Positions 1 to 12,986 of a stretch of 64,000 nucleotides of DNA are shown here, one piece after another. The stretch's first letter is position 1, and the number at the start of each line of letters is the position of its first letter. A program made the translations under genes and the position numbers. A model generated the notes under the pieces. That model made no database searches and was not told the origin of the DNA. It was given only the letters and a program-made list of their open reading frames with translations. Source of the stretch: Chrysomallon squamiferum (lineage: Eukaryota; Animalia; Mollusca); assembly GCA_012295275.1 (NCBI GenBank), contig CM022676.1:7502001-7566000 (forward strand), read 5' to 3'.

Positions 1-256
1 CGCATAATCTTTTCTTATTTTGGTTTTATATAAATTTCTCATTCTCTCTCTGTCGCACACACACATACACAAATGCACACAAACACAAATATGCACCCAC
101 AAAAACAAATACACTTAAGAAAGAAACATCAAGACACCCGACATAAAACAGGTGGTACTACGTATTTCACCAGACTTTCTGAATAGTCTTAATATCGTTG
201 TTTGATTTATTACCTGTGTGACAATGTAACAAAAAGCAGATATTGTCCTGCAGAAC

Positions 257-580
257 ACATTAATACAGTGAATTCATCTGTACGTTGACAACGCAGTACA
301 CATTAATACAGTGCATTCATGATTACGTTGACAACGCAGTACACATTAATACAGTGCATTCATGATTATGTTGACAACGCAGTACACATTAATACAGTGA
401 ATTCATGGTTATGTCAATAACACAGTACACATTAGTACACTGCATTCATCTGTACGTTGACAAAGCAGTACACATTAATACAGTGAATTCATGATTAAGT
501 TGATTACACGTAATACAGTGATTTCAGGATTATGTTGACAACGCAGTAACCATTAATACAGTGAATTCTTGGTTATGTTG
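257..580 (+). repeat. ~43-bp minisatellite (about 7 degenerate units)
   Basis: Unit cattaatacagtg(a/c)attcatgatta(c/t)gttgacaacgcagtaca recurs at 43-nt spacing (e.g. 301, 344). Shorter arrays of the same unit occur inverted in the post-leader introns at ~23580-23640, ~38310-38370 and ~44340-44440. Confidence 0.85.
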
Positions 581-1289
581 ATGGGGCCAGTTTATAAATA
601 AGATTATGATTTAATAACACTAGATTTTTATATTCTATTCCTAATGTAGGTTTTCTCTCTATAATTTGTTTATACACTGACGCAAAACAGTGTCTAGATT
701 AAACGGGAATGAAAAACAGTGACAATAATATAATTTAAAATTATATCAAACAATATAATGAAATACTTTACAATATAATATAATATTGCACGATATGATA
801 TCATCAGAACACAATAGAAAAAATTCAGTGACATGGCAGAAAGAATATTAGGTGTCTGGGGTCACATTTTTTTGTGCGTATGCTTCCATCCATGGCTGGT
901 TTTAAACAGACTTGTAGAGATACAATATATCAGATTAAAACTAACCAAGTCATTTCATGACGCACGAAATAAAACTGACAAAGAGCCAACTTCAAAATGG
1001 CCGCCCTTTATCTGTTGACAATACCCAGTTTATTATGAAATATCATCTGAGAATTTGCACATTTTCAAACCAATTCAGCACATATACATACATGGATATA
1101 TACATACGTAACCACTTATCTACATACACATTGCTATAATATATATAAATATATACGTACATATATACACACAGGCATAACCTCGAAAAAACAACAACAT
1201 TACCCACCAACAAAAAAGAAAAAAGAAAAACGAAAACAAATCAAGTATTCAAAATATAACGGGAGAAAACCTATAATAATAATAATCAT

Positions 1290-1360
<71 letters not shown>

Positions 1361-1713
1361 CAACAACAACGACAACAAAAAAGCACGAAAACTAACAAAC
1401 GAAAAAAAAAAAATCAAACAGAGGTTGAATAACAGGTACAGGCTGAGAGCTAAGTAAATGTGATTGTGAGAAATGAGTTTTGAAAGAAAATAAGACAGAA
1501 CAATAACAAATCATAATACACACAAATAGTTTACGTAAAGTCGTTGAATATTTTGTTATCAGAGACTGGAGTACGTTAAGAATGGTACAACAGATACGTC
1601 GATTACAGAAACTAATAGAAACATTGTTATTTCGCACAGTTTTATATAATTACGTACGCTATAGGTGTATGTATACACATACGGATTTAGATCTATACTC
1701 AAAATATAAAAAT

Positions 1714-1786
<73 letters not shown>

Positions 1787-2089
1787 TCTTGTATAACCGA
1801 ACACAAAAGAAAGAATATGCTACGCAATAACTTGGCAGAAAGAGTATCTTTTGGGTTACATTTTTTGCGCGTCGTCTTTAACTGATGACTGGTTTTGAAT
1901 AGAGTGTAGAGTTACAATAAGAGTTCAAATGAGTCCGTCTTGTCATGACAGGACAAACTAAACTTGACAAGCAGCCAAATTCAAAATGGCCGCCCTTTAT
2001 CTCTTTGCAGCACCCAGTTTATTATTAAATGTCACATGAGAATTTGGACAAATATTTCTCATTATTAAAAATGAACAAAAACGCGCGCG

Positions 2090-2131
<42 letters not shown>

Positions 2132-2580
2132 TATACACACATATAAACATAAACGAACATACGCATATACACATATATTTACTTACCTACTTACATAGAT
2201 AGGTACATACAAAAAAACCCACCAAAAACAAACAAACACACAACAACAAACACCTTCAGAATACATATATGCACACATACATTCATTCACACATACGTAA
2301 CAACTTATCTACATACCTGCAAATACACAAATCCATATTTCTATCATATAAAATACCCCCGAAAAAATATTACATAAAGGTAAACACATAAAAGCAAATA
2401 AACGTATTGAAGAAAATCAAGTATTCAAAATATAACGCTGTATGGCAAGTTTAAGAGCTGAATTCAATTCAGTGAATTTAATTTATTAATAAAAATGAAT
2501 AACAACCCAGAGGTTAATTTAATTATATTTACATTTTATTTTATATTATTTTATTTTATTTTATTTATTTATAATTTAAG

Positions 2581-2902
2581 GTCAGTATTATATGTTAACA
2601 ACATCAGACAGATGTGCAGTTGTTGGATCTCCTTTTACTTCCACTTGTCGAGAAATTCGTTCACCGATTCTTTGTTTTATTATTGCTTGGTTTGTGAATA
2701 ACACTGAATGCAAGATGCATGAACTAGATGGAAAATGTCAGTGTCGTTTTCTTAATGAACATTCAGAAGAATACATTTTTTAACTGTCTTTTTGAACGAA
2801 TCATTCTCATAGTAAAGTCTGTCAAAATCAGTCAACATGGAACAGTATGGAGATATGATGAATATGGACGACGAAGCAATGAAATAAAACTGGAAGTGAG
2901 AG
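2581..2902 (+). pseudogene. Orphan V-like Ig pseudo-exon of the receptor family
   Basis: Acceptor atttaag|gtcag and donor gagag|gtaaaa. Homologous to the other V exons (LTTSDR..VVGSPFT..C...W...SQHGTVWR...SNEIKLEVR) but has a +1 frameshift in a T-run near 2775 and WRC changed to WRY. Confidence 0.85.
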
Positions 2903-3289
2903 GTAAAATTAACTTTATTTTTAATATTATTACTATACGTATTGTATTTAAAAAAGAAGGAAAAAACAAAACAAGAAACAACAACAACAACAAGTTCGTC
3001 AATTTCGGTATGAAGCATTTGCCTCATCTGCTTCAGTGTTGTTACGGCCATATATGTATACTTTTATATATATGTGTGTGTCTGTATGTGTGCGTATGTG
3101 TACGTGTACGTGAGCACACTTGTAGAATCATACGTTTACATAGATAATTATATATTTACAAACACCTAGGCAGTGAGTTGGATGGATGGATGGATGGATG
3201 GGCAGAATGATCGAAAGAATGAAAGAAACAAATGAACATTGGCAGAGTATTGTCTATGTGCAAAGTCTAACCAGACGTAAATAAGACAA

Positions 3290-4201
3290 AGAACATTCCG
3301 ATCCTAAAATACATATTACTAATTTGCCAGTGACAGGTTTCCCAAAAAAAAAAAAAAAAAAAAAATATCAACGGAAAATTACAAAATGCAAAAAAACGGT
3401 GTGCTTCGTGGGAGAATATTCAAATATGATAAAAACATATTTGCCAGTGCAGGGTTTGACACACACAAAAAATGTAAAAATAGATGCACGTGAAAATTAC
3501 AAAAGACAAAGAACGCAATACGACGTGGGAAGCGATGATTACCTGTGATTACTCAGAAACCTTTTGACATAAAAAATTAGATCCACGCAAAATTATAAAA
3601 AAACAAAGAACGGCGTGCTTCGTGGTAGAATATAAAATCTGATAATACATATTTGCCGGTGCAAGGGTAACACAAAAACATAGGTACACGCAAACATTAC
3701 AAAAGACAAAGAACGGTGTGCTTCGTGGGAAGCGATGATTAACACCGATTACTGAGCAGGCTTTTTTGTTGTCTGATTAGGTTACACGTAAACAATATTC
3801 TGTGACGTCATCCGTCTTCGGGGCGCATCATGATTACTCTCGGTCTAAAATAGCGTTCGTCGCGCTGAAGAGCGGTCACGTTTCAGTCAGCTGACCGTTA
3901 CGTCAGTATTTAGGTCGTTTCGAACGTGTCCGAAGATTTCCGAGTCTGTCATTTTCTGATAGAGGTCTTGGATTTCGTCTTGTCGTGTGTGTACGAGTAA
4001 ATAGCACTTTTTATACGCTACCAGGGAACTGCTGAAGTCAGTCGAGTGGTTCTAGTATATTACAGATATTATTTTACTAGGATTAAAACGGATGCTTTTG
4101 TTGTGAAACAGGATGTACAGATGGTAACATAGCAACAGAAAAGTAAACAAGGAAAAATTTAAAAGAAGAAGGTTGAGAAGAAACTATTTTTGTATTAACA
4201 G
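3290..4201 (+). promoter_or_regulatory. Putative promoter/5'UTR module of gene A
   Basis: The block is conserved upstream of the first leader of genes A, B and C. It contains repeated aagaacgg(t/c)gtgcttcgtgg units, a TGACGTCA palindrome at 3803-3810, and a possible 78-nt 5'UTR intron at 4124-4201. Function is inferred only from position and conservation. Confidence 0.5.
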
Positions 4202-4314
4202 AAGTGAAAACAAGAAAGTAATGAAAATTTAACAAACAAAAACAAAACAAATATTAATAATAATAGTAATAAAATTATTTTTTGTTAACGGCAGTGAAAA
4301 CTAAAACACTGAAA

Positions 4315-4372
4315 ATGAGTTCTAAGTTATTATGTCTGTTCGTGTTACTGGGATGTGTATTGTACGTACAAG
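4315..4372 (+). CDS. Gene A leader (signal peptide) exon, MSSKLLCLFVLLGCVLYVQG
   Basis: ATG at 4315, hydrophobic 19-aa stretch, phase-1 donor caag|gtatgt. Six paralogous exons lie on the minus strand. Confidence 0.88.
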
Positions 4373-4681
4373 GTATGTATTTGATATTTTTTCTTTTCTT
4401 TTCTTTTCATTTCTTTCTTTCCTTCTTTCTTTCTTTCTTATTATTATTTGTTTGTTATCGAGTTAAATGTGAAATCTGGGTGGACTCGCCACTGTTTTTG
4501 AATGACTAATGTAAAATGAAATGTTTAACTGTCAGTATTGAAACTCTTTAAAATATATTTATGAAAATATGAAGCAATAACATAACAAAGTATAACAAAA
4601 CATAACAGTCCGCAACGAAGCGTTGCGTAACGTAATTAACATGATGTAATACAACTGAAAAATATGTAAAAAAAGCATAGC

Positions 4682-4742
<61 letters not shown>

Positions 4743-4921
4743 TCTGGCTGGAGTTGTTATATTTGGATGACAAATGTAAAATGAAATGTATGACTGTCAG
4801 TGGAACTCTTTAACATAATATAACATAACATAACATGTATAACATAATATAACAGTCCATAACAGAGCGTACCGTAACGTAATTAACATAATGTAATACA
4901 ACCAGAAAATAAGTAAAAAGC

Positions 4922-4971
<50 letters not shown>

Positions 4972-5761
4972 CAACAACAAAAAAAACAAAAAAAAAAAAA
5001 AAAAAAATAATAACAATAAAATAAAATTTAAAATAAAATAAAATTTAAAATAAAATAAAATAAAATAAAATAAAATAAAATAAAATAAAATGTAAAATAA
5101 AATAAAAATTAAAATAAATAAATAAAAATCAAACGGAGATTGAATCACTGGCACAAGATTCTGATTGTTAGAAATGAATTTTGAAAGAAAACAAGAAAGA
5201 AAAATAACAGTTGAGAATACAGGCGAATAGTTTACGTAAAGTCGTTGATTATTTTGATATCAGAGACTGGTGTATGCTGAGAATGGGACAGTAGATACGT
5301 CGATTACAAAAAATATTGTACATTTCTATCTAATTATGCGTTTTAGGTGTATCCAATTATACGGAATTAGAGGTTTGATGTAGCAATATACAGATATATA
5401 CTTTAAAAAAGATTATAATACAATATATATGTTTAATATGTAGTAGATTTCAGATTTCCTTAAAAACTATATAAGCTACGGTGAGGCGTTATTTTCGGTC
5501 CCAGTAGTGTCTGCATGTCTACTAAAGTTCCAACCAGTCTCGGCAGCAGCCTGAGACAGCAATGTTAACAGACCCCTTCGGTGATCTTTCCTAGGCAGGA
5601 AAAGCAGAGGTCGGGGGCGGGGGATAAAGCTTACACCGTACAGGTCAGACGTCTGACTAATTGTCAGCTGGACAGTTATATAGATCCAGTTTAAGTAACT
5701 GAAAGGTAGTTTGATGTGGCTTTCCAACAAATATCTATTTAAATAAATACTGACATCTCTC

Positions 5762-5847
<86 letters not shown>

Positions 5848-5954
5848 AAAAATACAAATAAAAATACTACTAATGCATTCTAGTTTACCTATTTTTACTC
5901 TCTCTCTACCTGCATATTTATTTATCTGTCTATCTCTGTGAGTATCTGTTTATA

Positions 5955-6420
5955 TTTCCTTCTAAATTGATATCCTGTCTTGTCCTGGGTAGTCGGCGTA
6001 GGGTTTTGTGTCGCTGTAGGTATAGTATCGTCTTAATGGCACTAAAATGTGGAATCTCGTGTAACAATCTGTTAGGAAAAATCTAACAATCGTGGTTTTT
6101 CCTGAGACTGGAAATCTCATCGGCGTAAATCTTAGCAATTGTTTTGCATTTTAGCTCGGTCCATGAGGTTCGCCTTAAACGCATCAACATGCTTAATAAA
6201 TGGGACCGCCGCGTGGTTGTGCTGTAGCTGGTCTGCCATCCGGAGCATGTTGTCCACAGTCACATCGTAGGCTCTGCATTGCGACGTAGTACACCTCCAG
6301 TAAATTTTCTCTCCACACTTTCCTAAATCTGTGCTGGTTGTAATACAAATGTCGTCCGCCTATTAACATGTCGATAAAAGTCACTCTATATTGTGCAGCT
6401 GCCACAATGTTAAACGTGAA
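5955..6420 (-). mobile_element. Decayed MULE/Mutator-like transposase N-terminal fragment in gene A intron
   Basis: Frameshifted minus-strand peptides GGRHLYYNQHRFRK / QLQHNHAA / KTIAKIYADEI / EIPHFSAIKTILYLQRHKTLRRLPRTRQDINLEG resemble the FLYWCH-plus-linker region of MULE transposases. Recognised by eye only. Confidence 0.5.
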
Positions 6421-7138
6421 ATAGTTTTCCATTTTGATATAGAACTTTATATAGATTAAACCTGGAAGAGAACCAATGTACAAGTGCCTGCTGAGTAAAA
6501 CAGAAAGATAAATTTACCACCCAAAACAGTAAATTGGTAGAGCATAATATGAGCAAATAAAAAAAAAAAAAAAAAAAACCCCATTCATGCACCTACTCAG
6601 TTAATGGAAACCTAGTTACAAATCTACAAAGGACAGTAATCATATAACATTCTAATTTAGGGTTCTCATCGTTGTTAACAAAAACGGCGTCTCGTAACTG
6701 CAGCGCAGAACTTACAAACAATTAGAAATGTCTGCGTCCCGGGACTTTTATTATTCTACGTCCGGGTACTAAACAAAATAGATTTGTCGACTTCCCGGGC
6801 CGACACCTTACGAACCTTGTCGCTAGAGTCTGTCGCCAGATTATTCTTCGAAACAAGAACCCGTAACACCTACATCTCCCGAGGTCGTAACTAATCCTTC
6901 AATTCCCAGGCTTTTTGTTGATTCGGCAGACCGAACCAACAGACCGAACCAATAGTTAAAATACTAGATTAGTAACACTTACCAACGGACGTTTCTTCCG
7001 TCAGAATCCATGTTGCCTAGGTTACGTCACAATTCAAAATGGCCGATCTTTATCTCTTTGCAACACCCAATTTTTAATGTAATTATCACCGGACAACTTG
7101 TACAAAAAATTATCATAATTAAAAATACAAACGCACAC

Positions 7139-7204
<66 letters not shown>

Positions 7205-7559
7205 ACACACAGACACACAGACACACAGACACACATACATATATAGACACAAAAACACATACATATATACACCTACACAAAACATATATATATATGCATA
7301 TATGTAGACATGAACAAACATACACACATACACAGACTGTATACATACATTCATATATAATATATATATACGTACAAACACATACATATACAGCATACAT
7401 GTATACATATATATACATATATACATACATACATACATATGTATCTACTTATTTATCTACGTACATGCAAATATAGAAATACACATACCTATAAGGTAAA
7501 ATACCTACGTACGTACATAAACATACATACGCAGAAACAAACAAACATGAAAGCTTTTG

Positions 7560-7990
7560 ATAATGAAAAGAACACCATTTGTCATAATGCACGCCAATTT
7601 GTGTACTGCACGTGCTAATGCGATGCGTTACTACGACGAGATCATTACACCAGTTGTCCTTCCATTCCTGCAGCATCCTGGCTTTCTGTTTCAACTTGAC
7701 AACGTTAGACCGCACACCGCTAGACTAACCACTAACCTTGAGCGGAACCACATCCAAGTGTTGAACTGACCACCAAAGTCCCCTGACTTGTCCCCAGTGG
7801 AACATGCATGAACTCTACTGGGCCGTAGGGTATGCGAAAACCATCCTCATATCCTTAATTATGCACCGGGAATGGAACGCAGTTACTGTTCCTGAGATTG
7901 ATGCTCTCATTAGAAGCATGAGACGACGATGTACTGCTGTCATCACTGCCTCTGGTGCACACACATTATTGAATCCCTCACACTATTAAG
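7560..7990 (+). mobile_element. Tc1/mariner transposase 3' fragment (decayed)
   Basis: RYYDEIITPVVLPFLQHPGFLFQLDNVRPHTAR...QVLN*PPKSPDLSPVEH covers the Tc1 QDNARPH and WPxxSPDLxPIE motifs, with stops. Confidence 0.88.
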
Positions 7991-8075
7991 TAGATGTACC
8001 CCTCCATTTCATTAGTTGACAATACATTCAGAAATGTATCAGTGAAATAATGTGTACAAATAAATTAAACATTCA

Positions 8076-8180
8076 ATCAGGTTGTCTGTATTTCAAATCA
8101 GGTTGTCTGTATTTCATATCAGGTTGTCTGTATTTCATATCAAGTTGTCTGTATTTCATATCAGGTTGTCTGTATTTCAA
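8076..8180 (+). repeat. 21-bp tandem repeat x5
   Basis: atca(g/a)gttgtctgtatttca(a/t) repeated five times, giving the SGCLYF repeat at the start of ORF 8050. Confidence 0.9.
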
Positions 8181-8690
8181 ATCCGACTGCGATTCCAAAA
8201 ATGTTGTGAATTTGATAACATGCAACTTGTGTGAAAACCAGTGTGTCGGCCAAACACAAAATATGTTACGAGTTGGAACTGTTTGTCACAAATACAATAT
8301 CGTGGATGAAGTTGACATTCAAGTCGCCAAACACTTTAACCTACCTAGTCAAATATTCGACGATCATTTTGAGATAATCCCAGTAGAACAAACGCCCATT
8401 CTCGAGTCCAAAACTGAAACAGACCTTTTCAGATTTGAACGAGAAGCGTTTTGGATTCGAACGATACAAACCCCAAAACCATTTGGAATAAATGTTGAAT
8501 TTAAGAGAGAGATAAAATAATTTTCCCAATAATTGACAATCGCCGCAACGTTGCCGTTGGTAAAATTAAGGAGAAATATTTTAACTTACAGACTACTGTG
8601 AAAAATGCACTAACAGCACGTCCCGTCATAGCTTACAGAAAAAAACCCGAGTCTAAAAGACATTTTAGACTCTACGCGATTTTCGGAATA
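8181..8690 (+). mobile_element. Penelope-like retroelement GIY-YIG endonuclease fragment
   Basis: CDSKNVVNLITCNLCENQCVGQT...VAKHFN...FEREAFWIRTIQTPKPFGIN matches the PLE GIY-YIG pattern (CxSxNVVYxIxCxxC..YVGQT..R.E..WI..L.T..P.G.N). It is followed by a PVIAYRK..LKDIL-like segment. Confidence 0.75.
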
Positions 8691-9575
8691 ATACGCCTAA
8701 TTTAAGATTTAAATTCAATGAAAAGTACGGAAATGTTTTATTATATTTTCAAAGGATATGTCATTTTCTTACGAATTTTTGGGAATGTTTTGTTTTTAAA
8801 TGTTACTCTTTTTTTTACCGGCTTTGAGAAAGGATATCTTCCAAATAATGTTTAAAATAGTTTTAAATAGATTTTTGAATTTTATTTGTTTCTAGAGGTG
8901 TATTGGTATTAAATATCATAATATTTTATATATTTTTTTTTAGAAAGAATACTTTCTAAATAATTTTTGAAATAGTTTTAAACAGATTTGGAAATGTATA
9001 TTTTGGTGTATTTTTAAACATGTCTGAATGCTTCTGCATATAGTTTTAAAAGGTTTCATACATGTAAATATATGTTGTTGTTTTCTTAAAAAATGATAAC
9101 AAATTAATAAATATATAGACAGAGGACCAAAGCACACTGTAATACACCTTACAATGGTCAACTGTAAGTTAAATCTAATCCCTAGAGATAAAATTAGAAA
9201 ATAATTAAGTCTTTTTGAATAAAAGAATTTCATGTGCCAGTGCGTTCTTTAGTTCTTTAATACCTACATACATACATATGTCACTACTTTTCTATCTAAA
9301 TACACGCAAACATAGAAATACATATATACCCATAAAGTAAAATACCTACATTCGTACATAAACATACATACGAATAAACAAACAATTCTGTAATAAAGTA
9401 TAATAATAATAATAATAATAATAATCATAAGAAGAAGAAGAAGATGAAGAAAAAGAAGAAGTAATGTAATTATGAAAACAAAAATTTCATTATGTTAATT
9501 TAAATTTAATTTTAATGTTTTATTATTATTATTATTATTTTTTTAAGAATTTATATTGTTATTTTCTTAATTAAG

Positions 9576-9881
9576 GTGTGGATTACCAATTAACAACATC
9601 AAACAGATATGCAGTGGTTGGATTACCTTTTACTTTTAAATGTGTAGCAGATCTGAGTGTTTTCTTTATGTGGTCTGTGAATGACGAAGAATACCTTATG
9701 GATGGACTAGAAGATGGTTACTGTCATTGGTGGGGGGAACCCCCAAAAGAATACACGTATAACTGTTCAGGTAATATAAGCACCATCACAATAAAATCTG
9801 TCGACTTCAGTCAATATGGAACAGTGTGGAGATGTGGCCTGCTAAAGCTACAAAGCAATGAAATAAAACTTGAAGTGAGAG
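9576..9881 (+). CDS. Gene A V-like Ig exon (domain 1)
   Basis: ttaag|gtgtg ... gagag|gtaaaa, phase 1-1, open frame GVDYQLTTSNRYAVVGLPFTFKC...W...GYC...YNC...SQYGTVWRCG...NEIKLEVR. Confidence 0.88.
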
Positions 9882-10475
9882 GTAAAATAAGTTTTATTAT
9901 TATCATTCTAGATAACTTAGCAATACATTTAATAAAACTAGACAGTACTATCAGTTTTATGTTTATAATTATCATTCTAGGAAATAAGTACTTTTAGTGT
10001 TTTCTAAACAATATATCTCCGTAAAAGAAAATAATACTTGAAATTAGAGGTCAAAAAACCTTTATTTTTTATGCATTATAATTACAGATGATAAGATTTA
10101 TTAATATGTTTTAACATTTAAGTAAGTGTATATTTTCGCATGAAACAATGTCCATAATATATAATTCAACAGATACGTACCTATACACTTATGAACTTAC
10201 GTATATCAAGATATATTTCTAAAATGATACTTGTGTTATTATTATTATTATTATGATTCAATCAGCTAAAATGTTAATAAAATAAATAAATAAATAAATA
10301 AACAGTAGTGACAGTAATAGCAATTATAATATCAACAGCAACAACTCAAACACTACATCACCACCATCACTTCAACGAAAACATCCATAACTAAAAATAT
10401 GAACAACCCAACAATTTCTACTATCAGTAAAAATAAAACAAAACTATGACGATGACGTTGATAACGTTTTTTCAG

Positions 10476-10736
10476 ATGGTCCTGGAACGTCACTCAAGCT
10501 GAATACTTCGTCTGTTGTGGCTGCTGTGGAAGGAAGTGACGTCACAGTGGCTTGTTCGGCGAAGTGTTTCATAAAGTGTAATTATCAGTGGAAGCTCGCA
10601 CATGACGTCATAAGTAACAAGAGCATTCTCTCACTGGCTAATATTAATAGATCACAATCAGGTCTCTATGTGTGTACGGCTGAAAATCCAGATACGAAAC
10701 AAACTGCCAAAGAAAAACTTCATTTGATTGTACTTC
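10476..10736 (+). CDS. Gene A C2/I-like Ig exon (domain 2)
   Basis: ttcag|atggt ... cttc|gtaagt, 261 nt, DGPGTSL...EGSDVTVACSAKCFIKCNYQW...QSGLYVCTAEN. Confidence 0.88.
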
Positions 10737-10998
10737 GTAAGTAAGAAACTAATTATAGTAAAATATAAGAATGATAAATTGAACAGACAACTTAATATTT
10801 GTTAGAGGTGTGTGTTTGAAATGTCAGAGAACCAAACATGGAAATTTACGTGGGAATATACAGTTAAGGTATGAGTCACCGTGTTATGCTATAGATTACA
10901 TTATGAGTGTAGTTATGTGCGTCAGTGTCTGTTTATGTGCGTGGGTGCGTATGTGTATGCAGGCGTTTGCCCGCTTTTTTGTTTACTGTTACTCTGAG

Positions 10999-11301
10999 GA
11001 CAGCCAAATTTTCGAGGTTCCGCGCCATACGCTATCAGCGGACTTTCTTTTACGTCGACATGTCAGATTTTTCAACGCGTCACATGGTTTGAGAATGACA
11101 TCAGCTTTGACGTGTTCAGTTTTGGGCCCGGACACTGTGATATTAAGTCACGTTTTAGTGGAAATTACACTTTCAAATGTTTACGTAAAACGTTTCTAGT
11201 TACTATAACATCTGTCAACAGAAATCAACAAGGAAACATTTGGCGAAGTGAAAGTGGTGGTTACCAATATTCGAGTAACACAGTCGTGTTGAAAGTTAGA
11301 G
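10999..11301 (+). CDS. Gene A second V-like Ig exon (domain 3), degenerate and possibly skipped
   Basis: Open frame homologous to exon 19427-19738, but WRC is changed to WRS, the acceptor is weak (ctgag) and the donor is weak (gtgttt). Confidence 0.55.
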
Positions 11302-11380
11302 GTGTTTTAATTCAATTTAATTTAGTTCTATTTAATTTATTATTATTATTATTATTATTTTATTTTTTATTTTTTCACAG

Positions 11381-11641
11381 ACGGTCCCGGTAGCTCACTT
11401 CGAGTCAATTCTTCATCTGACATCACAGTAGAGAAAGGAAGTGACGTCACAATATCATGCAAAGCCAACTGCTTTATCAAATGTCTTTACAAATGGGAAT
11501 GGAATAATCAGACTGTCAGTAGCAACGGACTACTGGCACTGACTAATATCACGAGATTTCAAGACGGCGTCTACACATGCACTGCTGTTAATCCGGATAC
11601 GAGCCAAACAGCACATAGCAAAATTATTATTAATGTAAAGT
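11381..11641 (+). CDS. Gene A C2/I-like Ig exon (domain 4)
   Basis: tcacag|acggt ... aagt|gtgagt, 261 nt open, DGPGSSLRVN...EKGSDVTISCKANCFIKCLYKW...QDGVYTCTAVN. Confidence 0.88.
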
Positions 11642-11938
11642 GTGAGTATTACTTCATTTTGTTTTGCATTTAATTTTGATATAAAACGTTTATATAAAAA
11701 TATGCGAATAGGAAGATAGATGGATAGACAAATAGATGGAAATAGATATACATATATACAGATAGACTGAGAGACAGAAATATATGCATACATAGGTACA
11801 TACATACACATATATATATACACTCATACGTAGAAAATGAATACATATTTACACATACATACACACATACATACACACATACATACATACATATATACGT
11901 ACATACATACATACACACATACATACATACATTCATAC

Positions 11939-12075
11939 GGCTGTCTCTGTGGCCGAACGATAACATCGTCCGACTTGGGAGTGCGAATGGGTGTCGTACG
12001 TTCGAGTCTCGTCAGAGGCATGTGACGGGTTTGTGAGGTCGTGATTTGACTTTGTTCTCCTTCGCCAGTGCGTTC
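11939..12075 (+). mobile_element. tRNA-derived SINE-like element
   Basis: GC-richer island in an intron with a Pol III A-box-like tggccgaacgat and a B-box gttcgagtc. No complete cloverleaf is evident. Confidence 0.55.
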
Positions 12076-12478
12076 CCGAGTATTGTCTATGTGCAGAGTC
12101 TAACCAGACGTACATAAGACAGAGAATATTCAAAATCCTAAACAACACAGAGACACACACACAGACACACACTCACACGCAATGATATATATAGAGAGAG
12201 ACAGACAGAGGGATACACAGATAAATGCTTAGATATACAGGTAGATAAACATACAGACTGCTAAATATGTAAACTAAAATAAATTAATAGTATTTTTATC
12301 TGTATATATTTTTTTTTGAGAGAGAGAGGCAGAGAATGTGTGTAATATGTATGTGTATATGTGTGTGTGCGTATTTGTCTATATATATGTGTGTGTTTAT
12401 ATGTTTGAATAAGTCTGTGTATGTATCTAAATGTTTAGGAATGTATGTTATTGTTTTTTTATTGACTGTTTTCTGCAG

Positions 12479-12551
12479 GCCGTCCCGACAGGTCACTTCG
12501 AGTCACTTCTTCATCTGACATCGGAGTAAAGGAAGGAAGTGACGTCACACT
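12479..12551 (+). pseudogene. Truncated copy of the 5' end of a C2-like Ig exon
   Basis: ctgcag|gccgtcccgacaggtcacttcgagtc...gaaggaagtgacgtcaca, after which homology stops. Confidence 0.7.
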
Positions 12552-12646
12552 TTTATGATGATTGATGATGATGTCTATTATCATGATGAAGAAACATGTA
12601 TTTACCTTTATATATTTGTTTATTTATTATTATATTGTTGTTGTTG

Positions 12647-12690
<44 letters not shown>

Positions 12691-12724
12691 TATTTATTCC
12701 ATTTATTTTTTTTTTTTTTTACAG

Positions 12725-12986
12725 ACGGTCCTGGTAGCTCACTTCGAGTTAATTCTTCAACTGACATCACAGTACAGGAAGGAAGTGACGTCACAATATC
12801 ATGCATAGCAAATTGCTCTATCAAATGTCTTTACAGATGGGAATTCACCGATCAAACTGTCAGTAACAACGGACTACTGGCACTGACTAATATCACGAGA
12901 TTTCAACATGGCGTCTACACATGCACTGCTGTTAATCCGGATACGAGCCAAAGAGCACATAAAACACATTATTATTAATGTTAAGC
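12725..12986 (+). CDS. Gene A extra C2/I-like Ig exon (domain 5) with +1 frameshift near its 3' end
   Basis: tacag|acggt ... aagc|gtaagt. Length is 262 nt rather than 261: an extra A at ~12961 gives TAA at 12976-12978. Confidence 0.7.

Noticed and set aside
257-580. CRISPR-like repeat array
   Set aside because: Units are contiguous, degenerate and lack unique spacers, the context is eukaryotic, and there are no cas genes.
5476-5730. 84-aa minus-strand ORF in a GC-richer island
   Set aside because: No recognisable domain or splice context. Probably a repeat fragment, left unclassified.
11939-12025. Functional tRNA gene
   Set aside because: A and B boxes are present, but I could not fold a convincing cloverleaf or find an oligo-T terminator. 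Called SINE-like instead.
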